Assembly: GCA_964431395.1 (NCBI GenBank)
Contig: CAYSJP010000003.1
Span: 1-28,495, forward strand
Direction: 5' to 3'
Length of the DNA stretch: 28,495 nt
From: an uncultured Halobacteriales archaeon
GTDB taxonomy: Archaea; Halobacteriota; Halobacteria; Halobacteriales; Hikarchaeaceae
The notes under the pieces are model-generated. The model was given only the letters and a program-made list of their open reading frames with translations. It was not told the DNA's origin and ran no database searches. Position 1 is the first letter of the stretch; every line of letters begins with the position of its first letter. The translations under genes were made by a program, and so were the position numbers. Below are positions 1 to 8,594 of this stretch, one piece after another.

Positions 1-99
1 CGGACCGCGCCGGGAGCATCCGCGGGACGGCGCGGGCGTTCCCCCCGGATTTCGACCACATCCCAACCCTTTTACTGCGCATTTGACTAGTCCGAGTAG

Positions 100-1584
100 A
101 TGGTGCCCGGCTCGCTCGTGAGGGTTCGGGACCGGGCCCACGACGCGGCGTTCCTGTTTCCGGCGGCGCTCGCACGGATCGGTGTGGTCGACGGGGAGCG
201 CGGCGAGGAGGCGTTCGACCTCGCCCTCCCGGTGATGGTGACCGGGGCGATCCGGACGCTGTTGCGCACCGCGGACTTCTTCATGGTCAGCCTCGCGCTG
301 TCGTCGGCGGCGGTCGCGGGCCTGGAGTTCGCCTTCCAGTACTTCTTCATCGGGTTCGGGCTGGCGCTGGCGCTCTCGAGTGGCACGATCAGCGTCGTCT
401 CCCGGCTCCACGGTGCCGGCGAACACGCCAGGGCCAGGCTCGCGGTCAAGCAGTCGATCTGGCTCGCGGCGATGATCTCCGCGCCGCTGATGATCGGGGC
501 GTTCGTCTACGCCGAGCCGCTGATCGATCTCCTCACGGACGACGCGGCAGCCATCGAGCAGGGCGTGATCTACCTCCGGATCGTGATGGGGGCGTTGTTT
601 TTCAGGTTCGTCTCGCTCGTCGGCGCCCGCGCCTTCCAGGGCACCGGCGACACCCGAACGCCGATGTACGTCAACCTCGTCACCGTCCCGACGAACATCG
701 CGCTGAACGCCGTCCTGATCTTCGGCCTCGGGCCCGCTCCGGCGCTGGGGATCGCGGGCGCCGCGTGGGGCACCGCCATCGCGAACACCCTCTCGGCAGC
801 CATCTTCACGTACCTCCTCGTGGGCGACCGGTCCGGGGTCACGGTCCGGCTCGGCGGGCCACAGTGGGACACCCAGCTAGCGGCGGAAGTCGTCCGCGTC
901 GGGTCGCCGCTGGCGGGTAGCCGACTCGTGCAGACGCTCGGGCGCTTTCCCTTCCTGTTCATCCTCGCGTCGCTCGGGACGGGGGTGGTCGCCGCCTACG
1001 CCATCGGCCGGCGGGTCATCCTGCTCGCCCTGATGCCGGCGTGGGGGTACTCGACGGCCTCCTCGACGCTGGTGGGCCAGTCGATCGGCGCGGGCGAGGA
1101 GGAGGACGCGACGCGGTACGGCTGGTCGACGCTGCGGATCGCACTCGCGACGCAGCTGTTGATCGCCGCCGTCCTCATCGTCATCGCGCGGCCAATCGCG
1201 GCCGTGTTCAACACCGAGCCGATCAGCCTCACCGTCGAGTTCATCCGCGTGTTCGGGCTCGCAGTCGGGGGGTTCAGCGTCGCTCGCACCATGCAGGGCG
1301 CCCTCCGCGGCGCCGGCGACACCACCTGGCCGCTGTACGGGAAGATCCTCGGCCTCGTCGTCCGGCTCTCGGTGGCCGTGCTCGCGCTCGACGCGGCGAC
1401 GTCCTTCGAGGTCCTCGGGCTCACCCTCACCCCTGGCCTCGGACTGGGACTGCTCGCGGTGTACGTCGCGATACTGGCGGACTTCTACCTCCAGGCGTCC
1501 GTCAACACGTTCCGGTTCTGGGGCGGCAAGTGGCAGGCGGTCGCCAGGCGTGCCGAGGAGAAACGCGGTACGGCAGGCGATTGA
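100..1584 (+). CDS. MATE family efflux transporter
   Basis: 494-aa hydrophobic ORF with two MATE-like halves (FQGTGDTRTPM and LRGAGDTTWP motifs); TTTTACT TATA-like element at about -30. Confidence 0.9.
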   Translation: MVPGSLVRVRDRAHDAAFLFPAALARIGVVDGERGEEAFDLALPVMVTGAIRTLLRTADFFMVSLALSSAAVAGLEFAFQYFFIGFGLALALSSGTISVVSRLHGAGEHARARLAVKQSIWLAAMISAPLMIGAFVYAEPLIDLLTDDAAAIEQGVIYLRIVMGALFFRFVSLVGARAFQGTGDTRTPMYVNLVTVPTNIALNAVLIFGLGPAPALGIAGAAWGTAIANTLSAAIFTYLLVGDRSGVTVRLGGPQWDTQLAAEVVRVGSPLAGSRLVQTLGRFPFLFILASLGTGVVAAYAIGRRVILLALMPAWGYSTASSTLVGQSIGAGEEEDATRYGWSTLRIALATQLLIAAVLIVIARPIAAVFNTEPISLTVEFIRVFGLAVGGFSVARTMQGALRGAGDTTWPLYGKILGLVVRLSVAVLALDAATSFEVLGLTLTPGLGLGLLAVYVAILADFYLQASVNTFRFWGGKWQAVARRAEEKRGTAGD

Positions 1585-1615
1585 GCGGCGACCCCACGCA
1601 GTCGTTCGGCCCGGA

Positions 1616-2770
1616 TCAGGACGCCGCGCAGTTGTTCGGCCCGAGTTCGAGTTCGAACGCTTCCGCCGGGTCGACCTCCTCGCGGCCGAGATTGGTCGCG
1701 ATGATCCGCTCGTAGTTGGCCGGCCGCGGCGGCACGTCCCCCAGAACGCGCTCGACGAACGCCTCGCGATCGAGCCCGAGAAGGTCGAGCCGGTCCCGGA
1801 GCTCCCCGAGCCTCGCGGCGTAGACGCCGTCTTCGCCGGGTTCCGCGTCCGGGCCGACGTGTCCCGGCACGACGGCGGTGTGGTCGGGGAGGGTGAGAAG
1901 GCCCTGGAGCGTCTCGTGGAGTCGCTCCGCGAGATCGCGTGCGCCCTCCTCACCGCGCTCCAGATCGGGGCGGGCGACGCTCTCCAGAAACAGGCTGTCC
2001 CCGGTGAGGAGCACCCCGTCGACGCGGAAGGCGGTCATCTCGGTGGTGTGGCCCGGCACGTGGCGAGCCCGGACCGCCGCGTCCCCGACGCGGAGCTTCT
2101 CGCCGTCGTCGATCGTCTCCGCCTCGAACGCCAGTCCGCGATCGAGGGCACCCGACGGGACCACCGCCCGCGCGCCCGTCTCGGCCGCGAGGTCGCGGAT
2201 CCCGCTGACGTGGTCGGCGTGAACGTGCGTGTCGACGGCAGCGACGATCGAGACGCCACGCTCGGCCGCGTCCCCGGCGTACCGGTCCACGAACGCCCGC
2301 AGGGGATCGACGACGACCGCCTCCTCGCCGCTCGCGATCAGATAGGAGAGACAGCCACTGGAGGGGCGGTGGTACTGGACGACGGTGGCCTCGCCGGCCT
2401 CCGTCTCGGCCGCGAGGTAGAGTTCCGCCCACGCCTCCATCCCGCCGGCGAGGTTGTGCGCCTCGATCCCCGCCTCCTCGAGCAGGCCGGCGGCGTGATC
2501 GCTCGCCTCTCCCTCGCCACAGACGGCGACGACGGGCTCCTCCAGCCCGAGGTCCGCGGCGAGGTCGTCGACGGTCCCCGTGGCCTCCGCGGCGGCGAAC
2601 TGCATCATCGGCGCCCGGCGGAGGGTGACGCCCTCGCCCTCGATCCGCCAGGTGTCCACCTCGTCGCGGTCCCGCAGGTCGAGCACCGACACCGCCTCGC
2701 CGGCCGCGATCCGCCGGTGGAGTTCCGCGGGCGTGATCGAGGGTGCCCTTCCGGAGGTAGCGTTACTCAT
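1616..2770 (-). CDS. Rhodanese + MBL-fold metallo-hydrolase fusion (persulfide dioxygenase/sulfurtransferase-like)
   Basis: Start re-called at ATG 2770 (MSNATSG), with TTTAAT on the minus strand about -28. N-terminal rhodanese (DLRDRDE...VCGEGEAS), MBL motif THVHADH, then PGHT, TGD and PGH. Confidence 0.88.
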   Translation of the reverse strand: MSNATSGRAPSITPAELHRRIAAGEAVSVLDLRDRDEVDTWRIEGEGVTLRRAPMMQFAAAEATGTVDDLAADLGLEEPVVAVCGEGEASDHAAGLLEEAGIEAHNLAGGMEAWAELYLAAETEAGEATVVQYHRPSSGCLSYLIASGEEAVVVDPLRAFVDRYAGDAAERGVSIVAAVDTHVHADHVSGIRDLAAETGARAVVPSGALDRGLAFEAETIDDGEKLRVGDAAVRARHVPGHTTEMTAFRVDGVLLTGDSLFLESVARPDLERGEEGARDLAERLHETLQGLLTLPDHTAVVPGHVGPDAEPGEDGVYAARLGELRDRLDLLGLDREAFVERVLGDVPPRPANYERIIATNLGREEVDPAEAFELELGPNNCAAS

Positions 2771-2917
2771 ACCGGGTTCGTAGGCGTCACCGCGAATTAA
2801 ACCCCCCGGACGGCGTGACGGGGCGGGCCAGCAGATCGCTCCGGGAGGCCGAGCCAGCAGGTCTCTCCGGTGATGCCGGGGCAAACGTTCAACCCTTCCG
2901 GCGACGAACCGTGGAGC

Positions 2918-3550
2918 ATGAACCCGGAACGCTTTCGCGAGGAGGTCGAGGCCGAGAAACGAACGCAGCTCGATCGGCTCGGCTCCGGGAAGCTGCTCGT
3001 CGCGCTCACCGACGCGACGCTGGATCGGGAGTCCGTGCTCGCGGCCGCCGCGGACTCGGAGTCCGCCGCCGCCGAGACGTTCCGATCGTGGACGGCGGAC
3101 GAGGAATCCGACCGCGCCGTGGAGGCGTTCGCCGCCGTGCGCGACCAGGAGCAGGACCACTACGAGCGCGTCGCGGAGCACCTGCCCGACCACGACCCGC
3201 CGGAAGCTGGCGGGCCGATGCACGCCTACCTCCGGGGACTGGAAGGATCGGTCGAACGGGTGGGCGCCGGCCTCGTCGGACGCCCGCTCGTGTCGACGCG
3301 CTCACACACGCAGGTGATCAGCTTCTTCGTGAACGAGGCCGACACCTCGATGGCGGACCTCTTTCGCGATCTCAAGACGGAGACGAACGCCGAGCTCGAA
3401 CGCGGCCTGGACACGCTCGACGCGCTCTGTGAGAGCGAGGACGACTGGGAGCGCGCCAGGGCGACGGCGGCGTACGTCATCCAGGTCGCCTACGACGACT
3501 ACGCCGACTCGCTGGCGGGCATGGGTCTCGACCCGAAGCCGCTCTGCTGA
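2918..3550 (+). CDS. Ferritin-like / rubrerythrin-family protein
   Basis: Start re-called at ATG 2918 (MNPERFREE) after GGAG. All-helical acidic protein with an ExxH motif (EQDH); resembles a conserved haloarchaeal family. Confidence 0.65.
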   Translation: MNPERFREEVEAEKRTQLDRLGSGKLLVALTDATLDRESVLAAAADSESAAAETFRSWTADEESDRAVEAFAAVRDQEQDHYERVAEHLPDHDPPEAGGPMHAYLRGLEGSVERVGAGLVGRPLVSTRSHTQVISFFVNEADTSMADLFRDLKTETNAELERGLDTLDALCESEDDWERARATAAYVIQVAYDDYADSLAGMGLDPKPLC

Positions 3551-3649
3551 TCCGCCGGTGGTTCCGGAGTCGACGTCGGCGCGATCGGCTGTGTAACCGA
3601 CACGCACAGGCGGTTCAACGTTAATCTCGTTGATCACGATGAATCACGT

Positions 3650-4855
3650 ATGCGCCTGAACCGCCGCGCGTTCGTCGCCGCCGTGGGTGCCGCCGCGCTC
3701 GCCGGCTGTACGTCGGACTCGGACTCCCTCTCGGAGTACCAGACCCCGAGTACGACGGAACCCGAGGGTGGGGTCGACACCGCGACGCCCACGGCCGGCG
3801 GCGAGACCACACGGGAGGAAACGACTGACGGGAGTGAGTCCTCCCCGGTAGCCGAATCGACGCCGCCGCCGGCGTCCGGGGATCCATACGAGACACCCCC
3901 GGCGACCGATCCCCGTCTCCCCCTTCCGATGAGCCGGAGCGGCCTTCGCGAGGAGGCCCGTTCCGGCGGCCCCCCGAAAGACGGGATCCCGTCGATCGAC
4001 AGTCCGACCTTCGGGGAGGCCGGGGACGTCTCGCTCCTCGATGACGGGGACGTCGTGTTCGGACTGACCCGCAACGGCGTCGCGAAGGCATATCCCCGGA
4101 AGGTGCTGGTGAGCCACGAGATCTGCAACGACACGGTGGACGGCGAGCCGGTGGCGGTCACGTACTGCCCCCTCACCGGGACGGCGATGGGATTCGAGCG
4201 CGGCGAGACGACCTTCGGCGTCTCCGGCCGGCTCATCAACAACAACCTCGTCATGTACGACCGCGAACACGAGGCCTGGTGGCCACAGGTACTCGCGTCC
4301 TCGATCCCCGGTCCCTGGGAGGAATCGCCACCGGCCGGATCGCTACGGGAGTTCCGGTTGATCTGGACGACCTGGGAGCGGTGGCGCGACCAGCATCCCG
4401 ACACCCGCGTGCTCACGGGAGGCACGGATCGGGTCCGGGACTACGGCCGGGACCCCTACGGGAGCTACAACCCGATAGGCGGCTACTACGAGGAGAAGTC
4501 GACGCTGTTTCCCCGACTCAATCCCGACGATCGCTTTCACCCGAAGCGAATGCTGCTCGGCGCTCGCACGGCCGAAGGATCGGTAGCGTTCCCCAGGCCG
4601 GCCCTCCGCGAGAAGAAGACGGTCGCCGGCGAACTCGACGGCGATCCCGTCGTCGCCGTGCTCGACCCGCGGTTCGGTACGGGGTACGTCTATCGCAACC
4701 CCGAGGGGGCCGAGGTGACGGTCGAGGACGGGCGGGCACGCCTCGACGGATCGGAGTACGACCCGGACGCCCTCCCGCTGGATCGCGTCCACGCCTTCGA
4801 CGCGATGTGGTTCGCCTGGAGCGGCTTCTACCCCGGCTCGAACATCCATGACTGA
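3650..4855 (+). CDS. DUF3179-domain Tat lipoprotein (copy 1, long T/P/E/S linker)
   Basis: RRAF twin-arginine plus LAGC lipobox; SGGPPKDGIPSID, HEICND, TYCPLTG and FDAMWFAW motifs typical of DUF3179. Confidence 0.85.
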   Translation: MRLNRRAFVAAVGAAALAGCTSDSDSLSEYQTPSTTEPEGGVDTATPTAGGETTREETTDGSESSPVAESTPPPASGDPYETPPATDPRLPLPMSRSGLREEARSGGPPKDGIPSIDSPTFGEAGDVSLLDDGDVVFGLTRNGVAKAYPRKVLVSHEICNDTVDGEPVAVTYCPLTGTAMGFERGETTFGVSGRLINNNLVMYDREHEAWWPQVLASSIPGPWEESPPAGSLREFRLIWTTWERWRDQHPDTRVLTGGTDRVRDYGRDPYGSYNPIGGYYEEKSTLFPRLNPDDRFHPKRMLLGARTAEGSVAFPRPALREKKTVAGELDGDPVVAVLDPRFGTGYVYRNPEGAEVTVEDGRARLDGSEYDPDALPLDRVHAFDAMWFAWSGFYPGSNIHD

Positions 4856-5489
4856 TCACACCTCCGGATCCGGAACGGCGGGCGCGGAAGCGGCGGAGAC
4901 GACGGGCATCGTCGGCCGAACGCGGTTCGCCATCGCGACCGCGCTCGGGCGGCGAGACTCGGTATCGGTGTTCGGTCTCGTGGCGCTCGTGTACACCGTC
5001 GGCTACCTCTGGGCGGTTCAGGAGCTCCGTCTCGGGGGGTTCGGGTACGACGTGCGGGTCGCGAGCGACCCCGTGGCGAAACTCTTCCAGCCGTCGACCA
5101 GCGCCGTCAACTTCGAACCGGTGGTCCTGGTCCGGACGGAGTTTTTCACCTATCTGTTCTCGCTCAACACCCTCATCGGGGTCGGCCTCGGCGTGCTCGT
5201 CGGACTGAACCTGGCTATCACGTACCTGGCGTGGCGACAGCCGGCCGCCTGCGGTCTCGGGACGTCCTCCGCCGGCCTCCTCGCCGGGGTGCCGGCAATC
5301 CTGTCGGGATCGGCCTGCTGTGGCCCGATTCTGGTGATCGTCCTGGGCGTCCAGGCGACCGGCATCTTCGCCCCGGCCGTGTTCGCGTTCCTCCTCCCCG
5401 TCGCCGTCATCCTGCTCGTCGGGAGCCTGTTGCTCGTCGGCCGACAGATCGATCCGGTGCTCGTCTCCCAGGCCGACTCGCCGGCCTGA
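4848..5489 (+). CDS. Integral membrane protein with ACG...SACCGP cysteine motif
   Basis: Overlaps the upstream stop by 8 nt; about 4 hydrophobic segments; ends in three consecutive in-frame TGA codons. Confidence 0.8.
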   Translation: MTDHTSGSGTAGAEAAETTGIVGRTRFAIATALGRRDSVSVFGLVALVYTVGYLWAVQELRLGGFGYDVRVASDPVAKLFQPSTSAVNFEPVVLVRTEFFTYLFSLNTLIGVGLGVLVGLNLAITYLAWRQPAACGLGTSSAGLLAGVPAILSGSACCGPILVIVLGVQATGIFAPAVFAFLLPVAVILLVGSLLLVGRQIDPVLVSQADSPA

Positions 5490-5494
5490 TGATG

Positions 5495-5575
5495 ATACTG
5501 TCGGACGGAACGTTTGATGATCTCCGCCGGGGAACTCCCCCCGCGGAACGTATCACTGCTTCCGTCCGACAGTGT
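5495..5575. repeat. Long imperfect palindrome (~80-nt stem-loop)
   Basis: ACTGTCGGACGGAA (5497-5510) is the exact reverse complement of 5560-5573; inner pairs TGAT/ATCA, TCCGC/GCGGA and GGGG/CCCC. Confidence 0.85.
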
Positions 5576-5652
5576 ATGATACCGAGGGCGACTGTGCACC
5601 CGCTTCGCACACGTAGTTCAGCCTTTTGTAGCGCTCTCCCCCAGACTGTAGT

Positions 5653-6723
5653 ATGAACGTCACCCGACGCTCGTTTCTCGCCGTCGCCGGAACGGTCGCC
5701 CTCGCCGGGTGTAGCCAGGTGCTCGGGTCCGACGGTCCCGACCAGGGTCGGTCGGGCATCTCCCCACCGATGGATGAGGGCCGCCTCGGACTCCCCGCCG
5801 ACCCCGGGGAGTTGCGCTCCGAGGCCCGTTCCGGCGGCCCACCGAAGGACGGTATCCCGTCGATCGACGTTCCGGTGTTCGACGACGCCGGGAACCTCTC
5901 GCTGCTCGACGGCGGGGACATCGTGTTCGGGCTGGAACGTAACGGCGTCGCGAAGGCCTACCCACAGAAGGTGCTGGTTCGCCACGAGATCTGCAACGAC
6001 ACGATCGGCGGCGATCCGGTCGCGGTCACCTACTGTCCGCTGACGGGGACGGCGATGGGGTTCGAGCGCGGCGAGACGACCTTCGGCGTCTCCGGTCGCC
6101 TGCTCAACAACAACCTCATCATGTACGACCGGGGGACCGAATTCTGGTGGCCACAGGTGCTCGCATCCTCAATTCCAAGCCCCTGGAACGACTCGACGGA
6201 ACCGGCTTCGCTGCGCGAGTTCCGGGTCGTGTGGACGACCTGGGAGCGGTGGCGCGACCGGCATCCCGACACGAGCGTCCTCACCGGCGGCGAGAACCGC
6301 GTCGCCGACTACGACTCGGATCCGTACGGCTCGTACAACCCGAGGGGCGGCTACTACGCTGGCGGGTCGACGAATTTCCCGCGGCTCAACTCCGACGATC
6401 GCTTCGGCACCAAGCGCGTGTTCATCGGGACGCGCACCCGGGACGGCGCCGCCGCGTTCCTGAAGGACACGCTTCGCGAGCAGGGCACGATGGCCGGTGA
6501 ACTCGCCGGCGAACCGGTCGTCGCCGTGTACGATTCCAGTCTGGATACGGCGTACGTCTACCGGAATCCGGAGCAGCGGGACGTGACCCTCGCGGACGGC
6601 GAGGTCCGCCTCGACGGGACGGCCCACGACCCGGACGGCCTCCCGCTGGATCGCGTCTACGCGTTCGACGCGATGTGGTTCGCCTGGATCGGCTTCTACC
6701 CCGACTCGAACGTGTACGCGTAG
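5653..6723 (+). CDS. DUF3179-domain Tat lipoprotein (copy 2, short linker)
   Basis: TRRSF twin-arginine plus LAGC; same core motifs as copy 1, with long near-identical stretches. Confidence 0.85.
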   Translation: MNVTRRSFLAVAGTVALAGCSQVLGSDGPDQGRSGISPPMDEGRLGLPADPGELRSEARSGGPPKDGIPSIDVPVFDDAGNLSLLDGGDIVFGLERNGVAKAYPQKVLVRHEICNDTIGGDPVAVTYCPLTGTAMGFERGETTFGVSGRLLNNNLIMYDRGTEFWWPQVLASSIPSPWNDSTEPASLREFRVVWTTWERWRDRHPDTSVLTGGENRVADYDSDPYGSYNPRGGYYAGGSTNFPRLNSDDRFGTKRVFIGTRTRDGAAAFLKDTLREQGTMAGELAGEPVVAVYDSSLDTAYVYRNPEQRDVTLADGEVRLDGTAHDPDGLPLDRVYAFDAMWFAWIGFYPDSNVYA

Positions 6724-6824
6724 GCGATGCGGACACGCGAACGTCCCTGTGCAGGTGAAGCGGTCGCGCATGCGGAGCGCGGACGCACACGCGGAACGTC
6801 GACGTACGACGGACACGGGGAACC

Positions 6825-8522
6825 CTACGGCAGTCGCTTCGACACGTACGGGCCGTCCTGGCGGTACCCGAGCTTTCCCCGGTAGTACTCTCGGGCGCCG
6901 ATCCCCGCGATGACGGCGAGCTTGTCGTAGCCGGCGTCGGCCGCGAGTTCCTCGGCGCGCGCCATCAGCCGGCGGCCGTACCCCTGGTGCTGGTGGCCGC
7001 CGCCACCCTTCTCGAGCGCCGTCCCGTCGCCGCCGTCGATCCCGGCCGCGTCGTCCTCGCCGATCGCGATCTCGCTGCCGTACACGTGGAGCTCCCGGAC
7101 GAGCGCGGCCCCTTCGAGTTCGCGCCGCACCGGCTCGTCCGGGAAGCGAAGCCGACAGAACCCCACCAGCAGGTCCTGCTCGCGGTCCTCGACGGAGATG
7201 AACTGCTCCCGGCCGCCGGCGGCGTCGTACGCGAGGACGTCCATGGTCACCTCCTCGGGATCCTCGTCGTTCATGCCGACCTCGCGACACCTGATGCACT
7301 CGCAGGTCCAGCCGTGCTCGTCCATTCGGCGGCGGGCGAGCTGGCGCAGGTTCGATTTCTGCACGCCGCCCTCGATGAAGCCCGCGGGGATGTCGCGCTG
7401 GACGCGCTGGAGGCGGGTGTACCGGGGGATCATCGACTTGATCTCGGCGACGAGCTCGGCGGCCTCCTCGCTTCCCAGGGGGTCGAACTCGCCGCGATTC
7501 CAGTCGTCGTACACGCGGGTGCCCTCGACGACGAGAGTGGGATAGATCTTGAGGTAGTCCGGCCGCCAGCGCTCCTCCTCGAACAGCCGCCGGAAGTCCT
7601 CCAGACACATCTCCCGGCTCATGCCGGGCTGGCCGGGCATCATGTGGAAGCCGACTTTGAACGCGGCGTCCCGGAGCCGGCGGTTGGCGTCGATGCTTGC
7701 CCCGACGCCGTGCCCGCGGTGCATCTCGCGGTTGATCCGCTCGTAGGTGGTCTGGACGCCGACCTCCACCTTCGTCCCGCCCAGCCGGAGCATCCGGTCG
7801 ATCTGTTCGGGGTCACACCAGTCGGGCTTGGTCTCGAAGGTGATGCCGATACAGCGCGCGTCGGCGCGCTCGTTCTCGGCTTTCACGTCCTCGAGGTAGC
7901 GGAACTCGTACTCCGCGGGGTCCTGTGCGAAGCTGCGCCCCTCCGCCGGGGTCGGCTCCGCGTCCACGTCGTGGTCGTTCATCGCCTCGATGGCGCGTCT
8001 CACGAACCACTCCTGGTAGTCGTGTGAGCGGGCAGTCATCGTCCCCCCCATCAGGATCAGCTCGATCTTGTCGACGGGGTGGCCGATCTCCCGCAACTGG
8101 TTGAGTCGCAGCCGGACCTGCCCGTAGGGGTCGTAGTCGTTCTGCTCGCCCCGGGCCGCCGCTGGTTCGTGGCCCGTGTAGGACTGCGCGGAGGAGAACT
8201 CCGACGCCGGCCCGCCGGGACAGTACAGGCACTTCCCGTGCGGACAGTTGTGTGGCGAGGTCATGATCGCCACCGGCGACACCCCCGACGCGGTCCGGAC
8301 GGGTTTGCGCTGCAGAACCTCGACGAGTTCGTCGCGGCGGCCCTCGGGAGCGCGATCCAGGAGCTCCGTGTTCTTCGGGACCTTCGGCGAGGAGTACTTG
8401 CCACAGACCTCCTTTTTGGCGGGTTCGACGGAGTCGCGGTCGATCTCGCCCGCCAGGATGCCCTCGATCAACTCCCGGCAGGTCCGCTCGAAGGCGTCCG
8501 AGCCGTCCACGTCGGTGCTCAT
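6825..8522 (-). CDS. elp3: Elp3, tRNA wobble-uridine modification radical SAM/GNAT enzyme
   Basis: RTASGVSPVAIM, radical SAM CPHGKCLYC, MGGT, LKIYPT and C-terminal GNAT (VRELHVYG...QHQGYG...IAGIGAREYY). Confidence 0.96.
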   Translation of the reverse strand: MSTDVDGSDAFERTCRELIEGILAGEIDRDSVEPAKKEVCGKYSSPKVPKNTELLDRAPEGRRDELVEVLQRKPVRTASGVSPVAIMTSPHNCPHGKCLYCPGGPASEFSSAQSYTGHEPAAARGEQNDYDPYGQVRLRLNQLREIGHPVDKIELILMGGTMTARSHDYQEWFVRRAIEAMNDHDVDAEPTPAEGRSFAQDPAEYEFRYLEDVKAENERADARCIGITFETKPDWCDPEQIDRMLRLGGTKVEVGVQTTYERINREMHRGHGVGASIDANRRLRDAAFKVGFHMMPGQPGMSREMCLEDFRRLFEEERWRPDYLKIYPTLVVEGTRVYDDWNRGEFDPLGSEEAAELVAEIKSMIPRYTRLQRVQRDIPAGFIEGGVQKSNLRQLARRRMDEHGWTCECIRCREVGMNDEDPEEVTMDVLAYDAAGGREQFISVEDREQDLLVGFCRLRFPDEPVRRELEGAALVRELHVYGSEIAIGEDDAAGIDGGDGTALEKGGGGHQHQGYGRRLMARAEELAADAGYDKLAVIAGIGAREYYRGKLGYRQDGPYVSKRLP

Positions 8523-8594
8523 CGACTCATGTTCGCCGCGTAACGCGGTTAAGCATATCGCACGGCGGTGGACGCCCTGTTCGGATCCGCCGGC

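Noticed and set aside
2771-3223. Upstream extensions of ORF-track starts (also 14146, 19808, 24223, 25680, 25992)
   Set aside because: They overlap neighbouring genes or promoters, are Arg/Gly-rich and non-homologous; downstream ATGs fit TATA/SD spacing better.
5487-5525. TGATGA motifs as C/D-box sRNA
   Set aside because: No correctly placed downstream CTGA D boxes; the first motif is the stop codon run.
5487-5580. UGA plus hairpin as a selenocysteine recoding signal
   Set aside because: Three consecutive UGA at the C-terminus, readthrough gives only 27 featureless residues, and haloarchaea are not known to encode Sec machinery.
6724-6824. Short imperfect repeats (ACACGCG(G)AACGTC) between DUF3179 copy 2 and elp3
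   Set aside because: Short and GC-rich, with no stable long stem; compatible with chance.
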